This document shows positions 1 to 7,230 of a DNA stretch of 64,000 bases, piece after piece. Every line of letters starts with the position of its first letter. The stretch's first letter is position 1. The notes under the pieces are model-generated. The model searched no databases. It saw nothing but the letters and a program-made list of their open reading frames with translations, and was not told the origin of the DNA. Source of the DNA: an uncultured Bacillales bacterium (GTDB lineage Bacteria; Bacillota_I; Bacilli_A; RF39; UBA660). Both the position numbers and the translations under genes were made by a program. The DNA lies in NCBI GenBank assembly GCA_902477075.1, contig CABSFU010000003.1, positions 34,277 to 98,276 of the forward strand, read 5' to 3'.

Positions 1-865
1 CATTTAGATTATATAATTGCGTTCCAAATAAAAATTCCAAATCTTTATTTTCATTTTTTGCTAGTATAATTAATGTCCACATTGTAAAGAAGCTATCATA
101 ACCTTCTGCAGATAACGTCTTAAAAGTATAAATATACTTTTGAGTGGAAATAATATGTACGCCATCTTCATTTACTTCATCTTTTGTAATATCATAATTT
201 TCATCAATACATTTTAAATATGAAGGAACATTTCCAATATTCTTTTTTGATAAATACAATATATCATTTGCAAATTTATTAAATGATATATACTTTATAT
301 CGTCATGTGCTTCTTCCATACTAAAGCCTAATTTTTCATATTCTTTAAATGATATTTCATCAAGATTTAATATATCAAATCCAATAGTTGCTAATTTTCT
401 ATAATTCATAAGATTAGATAAATTATTAGCATAAGTTGTATTTGTATCTAATAAATAGAAATATAATTTAACATCTTCACCGCTATTTTTAGCATCATAA
501 TAGTATTCAAAAACTTTATTTAACCCTTGAAATAAATATGTATTAGAGTGATAACCATCTTTACCATATACATACTTTCCACCTACGGTTTCAACTTCTT
601 TCTTTTTATCTTCATCAAAATTTGTATTCGAAAAACCAATAATATACTTTAGTTTATTATTCTCAAAAACAGATATAGATCTATTATGCTTTTCAACAGA
701 CCTTTGAGATTGTATAGTTTCACCTGGTAATTCTTCAATTAATACTTTAATTTTATCAGGTTCAATATCAACATGGTCTTTTTTATATGCTCTTTTTATA
801 GCATCTTTGTAAAATTTTTTATATGTTTCATAATTACAATTAAATATTCTAGCAACTATTTCCAT
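1..865 (-). CDS. N-terminal ~288 codons of an ORF that runs off the left edge; putative restriction endonuclease partner of the adjacent methylase
   Basis: ATG at 865-863 behind GGAGG. The frame stays open to position 1, so it is absent from the ORF track (no stop in window). It starts 12 nt after the methylase stop. No catalytic motif recognised by eye, so the function is inferred from position only. Confidence 0.45.
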   Translation of the reverse strand, partial: MEIVARIFNCNYETYKKFYKDAIKRAYKKDHVDIEPDKIKVLIEELPGETIQSQRSVEKHNRSISVFENNKLKYIIGFSNTNFDEDKKKEVETVGGKYVYGKDGYHSNTYLFQGLNKVFEYYYDAKNSGEDVKLYFYLLDTNTTYANNLSNLMNYRKLATIGFDILNLDEISFKEYEKLGFSMEEAHDDIKYISFNKFANDILYLSKKNIGNVPSYLKCIDENYDITKDEVNEDGVHIISTQKYIYTFKTLSAEGYDSFFTMWTLIILAKNENKDLEFLFGTQLYNLN

Positions 866-877
866 AAATACCTCCAA

Positions 878-2755
878 CTAATAATTTATTATTATTATTT
901 CTTGTCTGTCCTGTCTATTTCGCAATGTCATTTTATTATTTTTTATTACTTTATATCCGTTTTCTTTAATCCATTTTTTTAAACACTTATTTTCTATAGA
1001 ATTTCTTGTCATCATGTTGGAAAGCATAAATTTAATGCCTTTCTTATGAAGTCGAGTTAAAAAATCCAATAATTCTTTTTCTTGCATTTCATCCCAACCA
1101 TTAAAACCTCTTTTGCCATCATTATAAGCTCCACACGAATTCAAATAAGGTGGATCACAATATACAAAATCTCCTTTTCCTATATCTTTTTCAAATTTTC
1201 TATAATCCATCGATTTAAAAACAATATTCATACTTTTTGTTTTTATAGAATATGAAACTAGTTTTTCCAACATTTCTTGATTATAACCAGAATTACCACA
1301 AGGATTATTAAATTCTAATCTATTATTAAATCTTATTTGATGTTCAAAACCATAACAAATTAATAAATATAAGTCCAAAGGATTTCGTGAACCTTTTTCC
1401 AATGCGTTATACTTATCTCTAAATAAATTATAAGCATTTTTATTCTTTTTCTCCAAGTTATATTTTTTTATAGTTTTTTCGATATAATTATAGGTTGTAA
1501 AAAATTGATCATGTGTTATTTTTTCAAGTAAATCCCTAACAACCCAATTAATATCATTATAAACAACTTTGTCTGCCTTTGCATTTATTGATACTGTTCC
1601 ACCGCCGCCAAACAAATCATAAAAAGTATTAATTGTTTTAGGAAAATTATTTTTCAACATGGGAATAATTTGCCATTTACCACCTATATAATTTAACGGA
1701 GAAATGTAACTTGTGTTAAAATCTTTTTCTATATAAAATAACCACTCATAATGTTCTTTATTTTTCGTATTATTTTTTATTTCTTTATTTACTGCTCTTG
1801 TACTTTTATATTTTACGAAACTAATTTTTTTAAATTCATAAGTTCCTTCCTTTGCGTATCTCTTCAAAACCTTTTCAATAAATTCTTTAGACATAATCCC
1901 TGCATCACTATAGCTAAAAATAATATGTTTGAAATTGGCATTAGCTATCAATTTTTCAAACTCTTCATGAACATAACCTTTTTTACACCATTTCGATATT
2001 TGATTTCCATTATCCCTATGTGCACCTACACCATGAGTTTCAGGACTATCATTTTTTGCAATTGTTTCAAGTACATGATATTGGCTAATATATTGAGTTG
2101 GTGTGTAAGGGGGATCTAAATATAAAATATCACCATTTATTTTAGTTATTAAATCATTAACATCCTCAATATATACTTCATTTTGATACTTTGCATTTGG
2201 TAAGGATTCCAATGGAATAAACTCCATTTTTTTTACCGCTCTTGGATCCCATATTTTCAAATAAGCAGAATAAACACCTGCAACATTTGAAACTTTGCTA
2301 ACACTTTCCAATAGACTTCCTATTAAATAATACTTTTCATATTCATTTATTTTTTTTTCATCAAACCATATATCTATAGTATTTCTAATAAAATCTATCA
2401 ATTTTGCATTTTCATCAGAAAAGTACTGTCTACCAGAAATAGTAGGTGCAAAATTATTATAACAAAAACCTGTAGTATAATCATTCGTATTAACACTATT
2501 AAAATAATCAAACGGATTAAAGCCAAGTTCTTTAAAAAACTCTTTATTATATTTCAATTTGCCATTAGATATTACATATGAAAAATACAAAGTATCATTT
2601 GCCAATATTTCATATCTATCTTTAAAATGGTCTCCTACAGCGCAAGTTCCAGAAAACATATCACAAAAAACAAGCCCTTTTTTATCTAGCCCTTTCCTCC
2701 TAATTAAGTTATCTAAATTGTCTAATAATTTTGCTTTATTACCAATGTACCTCAT
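878..2755 (-). CDS. Two-domain (tandem D12/Dam-class) N6-adenine DNA methyltransferase with FokI-methylase-like architecture
   Basis: Each half has its own AdoMet motif (FCDMFSGTCAVG; FYDLFGGGGTV). Each is followed by DPPY (LDPPYTPTQY; CDPPYLNSCGAYN). Both halves have Dam-like N-termini (RYIGNK; NYIGGK). ATG at 2755 follows GGAGGA; the track start at 2767 is GTG. Confidence 0.85.
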   Translation of the reverse strand: MRYIGNKAKLLDNLDNLIRRKGLDKKGLVFCDMFSGTCAVGDHFKDRYEILANDTLYFSYVISNGKLKYNKEFFKELGFNPFDYFNSVNTNDYTTGFCYNNFAPTISGRQYFSDENAKLIDFIRNTIDIWFDEKKINEYEKYYLIGSLLESVSKVSNVAGVYSAYLKIWDPRAVKKMEFIPLESLPNAKYQNEVYIEDVNDLITKINGDILYLDPPYTPTQYISQYHVLETIAKNDSPETHGVGAHRDNGNQISKWCKKGYVHEEFEKLIANANFKHIIFSYSDAGIMSKEFIEKVLKRYAKEGTYEFKKISFVKYKSTRAVNKEIKNNTKNKEHYEWLFYIEKDFNTSYISPLNYIGGKWQIIPMLKNNFPKTINTFYDLFGGGGTVSINAKADKVVYNDINWVVRDLLEKITHDQFFTTYNYIEKTIKKYNLEKKNKNAYNLFRDKYNALEKGSRNPLDLYLLICYGFEHQIRFNNRLEFNNPCGNSGYNQEMLEKLVSYSIKTKSMNIVFKSMDYRKFEKDIGKGDFVYCDPPYLNSCGAYNDGKRGFNGWDEMQEKELLDFLTRLHKKGIKFMLSNMMTRNSIENKCLKKWIKENGYKVIKNNKMTLRNRQDRQEIIIINY

Positions 2756-2783
2756 ATTATCCTCCACTACTTGTTTTCTTCAC

Positions 2784-3620
2784 TTAAAATAACTCTTCAA
2801 CAATTAAATATTGTGAATGTAAATTATTATTTTTACCCAATAATAAATTTTCATAAAACTTAACTAAATATCTACTGTCTTCTTTTATATTTAAATAGTT
2901 ATTAAAATAATTACTTCTAACTAGCGCATTTCTAAAATAAACAGATTTATCTTTAAATAAAGTATTATTCACATTATAGCCTAGACTAATTAAGTATTTT
3001 TCAATAAATAGAGCTGTTGTTCTAGTATTTCCTTCTCTAAAAGGATGTACTTGCCATATACTAGATGAAAACTTAGTAATATTATTTATTACTTCTACAA
3101 AACTCATATCTTTATAATTTTTTTCTTTTTCTAAAGATATATCATATTCTAATGATTCTTTTAATGTCTTACAATCACCATAAGCAACTGAATCATTATT
3201 AAGTATTTTTTCATGTTTAGAAAAATCTATTTTTCTAAATTCACCGGCAAATTCATAAACATCTTGAAATAAATATTTATGAATATATTTTAAATAATCT
3301 ACAGACAACTCAAAATTATCAATTTGTAATAATTCAACAATTCTTGTAGATACAAAATCACACTCTAATTCATTATGATTTAATTCTTGTTTTTTATCTT
3401 TTTCAATGTAGTATTCTCTTAATTCTTCTTCTACTTGTTTAATGGTTAAATTACCACTAACATTTTCTCCTAACAATTTTTCTAAATATTTAGAAGGTTT
3501 TAAATTATCTACTTCTTGAAGACCTATAGCCATATCCCACTCAAGTTGTTTTACATAGTCTTTTGGTTTAGTTTCTTCTGTATATTCAATGTTACTTGAA
3601 TCCAATTCTTTTTCACTCAT
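2784..3620 (-). CDS. Fic/Fido-domain protein (putative AMP/NMP-transferase)
   Basis: Core motif HPFREGNTRTT (HxFx[DE]GNxRxxR family). The AGGAGG RBS overlaps the stop of the upstream gene, with a 12-nt gap. Confidence 0.85.
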   Translation of the reverse strand: MSEKELDSSNIEYTEETKPKDYVKQLEWDMAIGLQEVDNLKPSKYLEKLLGENVSGNLTIKQVEEELREYYIEKDKKQELNHNELECDFVSTRIVELLQIDNFELSVDYLKYIHKYLFQDVYEFAGEFRKIDFSKHEKILNNDSVAYGDCKTLKESLEYDISLEKEKNYKDMSFVEVINNITKFSSSIWQVHPFREGNTRTTALFIEKYLISLGYNVNNTLFKDKSVYFRNALVRSNYFNNYLNIKEDSRYLVKFYENLLLGKNNNLHSQYLIVEELF

Positions 3621-3632
3621 TTAATTAACCTC

Positions 3633-4235
3633 CTATCTCACTGCATAATCTACTAAAGTTCTAACTTTTTCATATATATTAAATACTTTAGAATACTCTA
3701 ATAATTTATCTATATCTTTTTCACTGTTATTAAAATAATCATGTAATATATTATTTTGTAATTCTAAATCAAAATAATCATTTTTTAGCATATCACATAT
3801 GCATCTTTCAGCATTATATATTTTAATTGGATTATTAAACATATTATTAATTTCAATAATTCCAATATCATAGTATTTATCTGCAACATAATGCACTTTA
3901 TAATTGCTTAATACTCTTTTCTTACTATTAACAGTTATTTCTATTTGTTCTGGTAATTCTTTAATTAAACCTAACATACTTAATGCTGTCTTATATGAAT
4001 ATATAGCATCAGGATATCTTTTTTGAAAAACATATTCATCATCAACAAATATATTGCTATCAATATATAAACCATGTGAAACTTTATTAATTAAACCATT
4101 ATCAACATATTTCTTTATTAATGGTTTACTAATATTTAGTTTTAAAAAATCTGATGTAGACATATATCCATGATTAGCATCTAAAAACTGTTTAATTTTA
4201 TCTTCATTAGTCATAGAATCACCATTTACTTTCAT
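3633..4235 (-). CDS. AbiEi-like winged-HTH protein (type IV TA antitoxin / transcriptional regulator family)
   Basis: The N-terminus (GYMSTSDFLKLNISKPLIKKYVDNGLINKVSHGLYI) matches the AbiEi_4 pattern as I remember it. The length (~200 aa) and C-terminal region (PDAIYSYKTALSMLGL...IEITV) fit full-length AbiEi. An alternative start at 4214 (MTNED) has a better RBS. Confidence 0.6.
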   Translation of the reverse strand: MKVNGDSMTNEDKIKQFLDANHGYMSTSDFLKLNISKPLIKKYVDNGLINKVSHGLYIDSNIFVDDEYVFQKRYPDAIYSYKTALSMLGLIKELPEQIEITVNSKKRVLSNYKVHYVADKYYDIGIIEINNMFNNPIKIYNAERCICDMLKNDYFDLELQNNILHDYFNNSEKDIDKLLEYSKVFNIYEKVRTLVDYAVR

Positions 4236-4328
4236 AACAACATTATATCATTTTATTATATTTGAGTAAATAAAATTTACACAATAAAAATAATAAATTT
4301 TCAGTAACTGTCAGATACTAATTATATG

Positions 4329-4434
4329 AGTCTTAGGGATACTCCCTAACAAGCATTAAAGGGTGTGTCAACACCATGCTTGATATATTATACAAGACTA
4401 GTAAGTTACCTCTTGTAAGTGGTGTAATTTTTTT
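4329..4434 (+). ncRNA. Candidate structured RNA element, family unassigned
   Basis: Outer stem AGTCTT(4329-4334)/AAGACT(4394-4399) encloses two hairpins. The first is AGGGA-tac-TCCCT. The second is CAAGCAT(4350-4356)/ATGCTTG(4376-4382), with inner stem GGTGT-gtca-ACACC. A weak bulged hairpin (4406-4427) and a T7 run (4428-4434) follow. Confidence 0.2.
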
Positions 4435-4581
4435 ATTTTTTCTCAATGTTTTTTTCAAAAAATACTATTAATTTTTATAAAAAATAGCCACAAATTTTAA
4501 CAAAATCCCATAAAAAAATGCAAAAACATTAAATATAATTAATCAAATATTTTCGCATTTTTCTTTAAAACAGGTAAATTT

Positions 4582-4863
4582 TTATTTTCTAGGCAAGCTT
4601 AATAAATTATCCGATGTTGTAGTATTAGGTGTACTTTTAACATACTTTTCACCGTTAGAACTTATTGCAGGTATTACATATGGACCATAATTTGATCCTA
4701 CAGTAATACTTTTAGGATTCGACTTTACATAATCATGAATAATAGCTTTTTTATACCAGCCATCTTTACTATTAGAAAGATATATTTGATCAATTTCTAG
4801 CAAGCTATTTGAATATGCACATCCATTTTTCATTTTAATTGCTGTTGCAATAAAAGTAGACAT
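4582..4863 (-). CDS. DUF3892-like small protein
   Basis: Overall pattern and C-terminal DNLLSLP resemble DUF3892 as I recall it. ATG at 4863 follows AGGAGGAAAT; the track ORF extends 11 codons further upstream. Confidence 0.5.
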   Translation of the reverse strand: MSTFIATAIKMKNGCAYSNSLLEIDQIYLSNSKDGWYKKAIIHDYVKSNPKSITVGSNYGPYVIPAISSNGEKYVKSTPNTTTSDNLLSLPRK

Positions 4864-4890
4864 ATTTCCTCCTTTCTGTTTCTTCAAATG

Positions 4891-4919
4891 TTGCACTTTG
4901 AGATAAAATATGCTACAAT
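4891..4919 (+). promoter_or_regulatory. Strong sigma-A-like promoter with extended -10
   Basis: TTGCAC (4891-4896), 17-nt spacer, TGcTACAAT (4911-4919). Confidence 0.5.
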
Positions 4920-4938
4920 TACTACAGGTGTCGGGCCT

Positions 4939-4969
4939 ATAGTTTCACATTCGCTGAAACTATTTTTTT
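4939..4969 (+). terminator. Intrinsic terminator about 15-45 nt downstream of the 4891 promoter
   Basis: ATAGTTTC (4939-4946) pairs with GAAACTAT (4956-4963) around a 9-nt loop. A T6 run follows, ending at 4969. Confidence 0.5.
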
Positions 4970-5110
4970 ATACAAGAACTCATATACGTAAAATACTTCT
5001 CAAATACCCTTGTATGCATTCATTATATATCAATATGCATATTTTGTCAAGATTTAAGTCATTTTTAACTATTAAAATATATTTTTGAATACACATTTAC
5101 ATTTATTCAA

Positions 5111-5142
5111 AATATTATTAGTCTTTTTTGACTAATAATATT
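5111..5142. promoter_or_regulatory. Perfect 13-bp inverted repeat (possible operator) overlapping the ATPase -35
   Basis: AATATTATTAGTC (5111-5123), a tttttt spacer, then GACTAATAATATT (5130-5142). The last two nt form the start of TTGACT. Confidence 0.45.
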
Positions 5143-5169
5143 GACTTTTGTAGTATAAGATTATATAAT
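5141..5169 (+). promoter_or_regulatory. Sigma-A-like promoter of the ATPase gene
   Basis: TTGACT (5141-5146), 17-nt spacer, TATAAT (5164-5169). The GAGGTG RBS and ATG at 5187 follow. Confidence 0.6.
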
Positions 5170-5186
5170 CATTTTGAGGTGTAATT

Positions 5187-6422
5187 ATGCTTTTAAATAT
5201 TAAGATAGACAACTATAAAGGTTTAAGTAATAATATTAATATTTCTTGTATTGCATCAAATAAAATTAAACATTCTAATAATGATATTTCGAAAATTTCT
5301 GAAAAAACAAAGATATTAAAAAATATATGCATAATTGGTAGTAACGCAAGTGGTAAAACAAGTATATTAAATGCTATAGAAACTGTGCAAGATTTTCTTT
5401 TGTTTCCTCATAGGAAAAGTATTTCGAATAACAAAGATTTTGATAGTTTTATAAAAAGAATGACACCAGAAGAATTAAAAAAATTTTTAATAGATATAAA
5501 TACTTTAAAGCTTGGAGAACAAAATAATCTTCGTTCTAAAGATAAAAGTACTATAGTTTTAGAATTATTTATACCAAAAAGAAAAAATAATATTTCAGGT
5601 ATATATACTTATACATTAATGTACAAAAGCAATTATAAGGAATCCGGCGTTTTATTAGAAAAATTAGAATATAAAAAAAATTTTGACAGTAAGAAAAATG
5701 AAGTTATCTGTTTAGCAAATAATATTATTGAAAGTGAAATAACTACTACTTTGTTATACCAAAACAACAATAGTAAAAATCAAGAAAAAAATATTGATGA
5801 TAGAATTAAGTATTATAATACATTTTTTAACGAAATGATAAAGCATGTATCGTATTTGGATGGTAGTGAAGGTGTAGATTTGCTTGAAGCCTTTAATAAA
5901 CATGGTAATAAGTTTATTGAACTATGTAACATTGCAGATGATAAAATAATTGATGTTACACTTGATGAAAATGAAAAAAAACCAAAAATCTTATTTTGGA
6001 ATTCAAAAAAAACTTTCTTAACTTTTCCTCAATTATCAAACGGAACTAGAAAAATATTAGTTATAGGATCTATTATTCTAGATGCATTAGAAAAAAATAA
6101 TTTATTGCTTATTGATGAAATAGAATTAAGCCTTCACCCAACACTAGTAAATTTTTTAATAAATTTAAATTCTTCAAAGGATTTTAATCATTTTTCTCAA
6201 TTGATATTTACAACACATTCTCCATTTGTTGCCTTTTCTATGACAAATGATCAATTATATTATATTAATAATAAAAATAACAATTATTATATATCTAGTA
6301 TAAGTAACGCTATAAAAAACAATATAATTACAAAAGATAAAAATCCTGAAAAAGCTTGGATTGAAGATTTGTTAATTAAAAATCCCGATTTAAATAAAAT
6401 AAAACATTTTTTAAATAATTAA
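5187..6422 (+). CDS. AAA_21/ABC-type (SMC-like) ATPase of the kind common in defence islands
   Basis: Walker A GSNASGKTS, signature-like LSNGTRK, Walker B LLLIDEIELSLHP, H-loop FTTHSP. No nuclease or other domain recognised. No co-oriented partner gene. Confidence 0.8.
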   Translation: MLLNIKIDNYKGLSNNINISCIASNKIKHSNNDISKISEKTKILKNICIIGSNASGKTSILNAIETVQDFLLFPHRKSISNNKDFDSFIKRMTPEELKKFLIDINTLKLGEQNNLRSKDKSTIVLELFIPKRKNNISGIYTYTLMYKSNYKESGVLLEKLEYKKNFDSKKNEVICLANNIIESEITTTLLYQNNNSKNQEKNIDDRIKYYNTFFNEMIKHVSYLDGSEGVDLLEAFNKHGNKFIELCNIADDKIIDVTLDENEKKPKILFWNSKKTFLTFPQLSNGTRKILVIGSIILDALEKNNLLLIDEIELSLHPTLVNFLINLNSSKDFNHFSQLIFTTHSPFVAFSMTNDQLYYINNKNNNYYISSISNAIKNNIITKDKNPEKAWIEDLLIKNPDLNKIKHFLNN

Positions 6423-6423
6423 T

Positions 6424-6455
6424 AAAAAGATTCAGTTTAGTTTGAATCTTTTTTT
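6424..6455. terminator. Bidirectional terminator between convergent genes
   Basis: AAAAGATTCA and TGAATCTTTT form the stem around an 8-nt loop, flanked by A and T runs. Confidence 0.6.
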
Positions 6456-6457
6456 GT

Positions 6458-6808
6458 TTAATAATATTTTTCCAGTTTTAATGGATTTCTACCAGTGATT
6501 TTTAGATTATATTTTATATTTAATATCTTTTCTATGGATGGAATTATAACATCAATATCGCATCTACAATTAAAAATATCTACTGCAGAATTGATATGAT
6601 TATATAATTTACTATCATCTAAGCAACTTCTTGAATAACTATTTGCAATATAAAATGCTACTGCATCTGGTATTACATATCTAATCATATACTCTTCAAA
6701 ATTATCATAGAAAGGTAAATACTTTTCTTGAAATTCTTCATTAGATATATTTCCTTCATCCATTAATTCTTTTTCTTTTGTGTAACTCATATTATAACTA
6801 ATCTCCAT
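6458..6808 (-). CDS. Hypothetical protein
   Basis: 116-aa ORF with no recognisable motif. RBS is weak for both candidate starts. Confidence 0.45.
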   Translation of the reverse strand: MEISYNMSYTKEKELMDEGNISNEEFQEKYLPFYDNFEEYMIRYVIPDAVAFYIANSYSRSCLDDSKLYNHINSAVDIFNCRCDIDVIIPSIEKILNIKYNLKITGRNPLKLEKYY

Positions 6809-6835
6809 TTCTTAATATAATTTTGGCTTTAATTG

Positions 6836-7135
6836 TTATACATTCGTTACACAATGACTATCGCCACCTCCTGCATTTATGTGATTAGAGACTACAATTA
6901 CATTTTTGTTATCACCATAGGCTGATAATATTCTGCTTACTCGTTCATCTGGTGATAATGTTTCATCCGTTGTACGTGTCATCGTGACTGGAATACCCTT
7001 TTCTTTAAACAAATCATACATGTATTGTGATATTTTTAAGGTCAGATCTTTTTCAATAATACCATTACCACTAGATCCTGAATCGCTTCCTCCATGACCA
7101 GCATCTATCACAATTTTATAGTTATTCATACACAT
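6836..7135 (-). pseudogene. Truncated N-acetylmuramoyl-L-alanine amidase (Amidase_3/CwlD-type), N-terminal ~90 aa only
   Basis: It contains VIDAGHGGSDSG and VSNHINAGGG, then stops. The distal half of the catalytic domain is absent. The following ORF shows no amidase similarity. Confidence 0.65.
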
Positions 7136-7230
7136 TCCCCCTAAAATAGTTTATGAATGCCATCTTATAAGGTGATATGAAATATTTTAGTATTCTTACT
7201 TTTATCTGCCATATACGTAATCAGCAAAAA

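Noticed and set aside
773-982. 69-aa plus-strand ORF across the methylase/nuclease junction
   Set aside because: It is antisense to two well-supported genes. The F/I/Y-rich translation is typical of shadow frames in AT-rich DNA, and there is no RBS.
1751-2792. Plus-strand ORFs 1751-2119 and 2559-2792
   Set aside because: They lie entirely inside, and antisense to, the methyltransferase gene. The translations are low-complexity.
4888-5088. 66-aa plus-strand ORF upstream of the ATPase
   Set aside because: It starts upstream of the predicted transcription start and runs straight through the 4939-4969 terminator hairpin. There is no RBS. The region is better explained as promoter, terminator and spacer.
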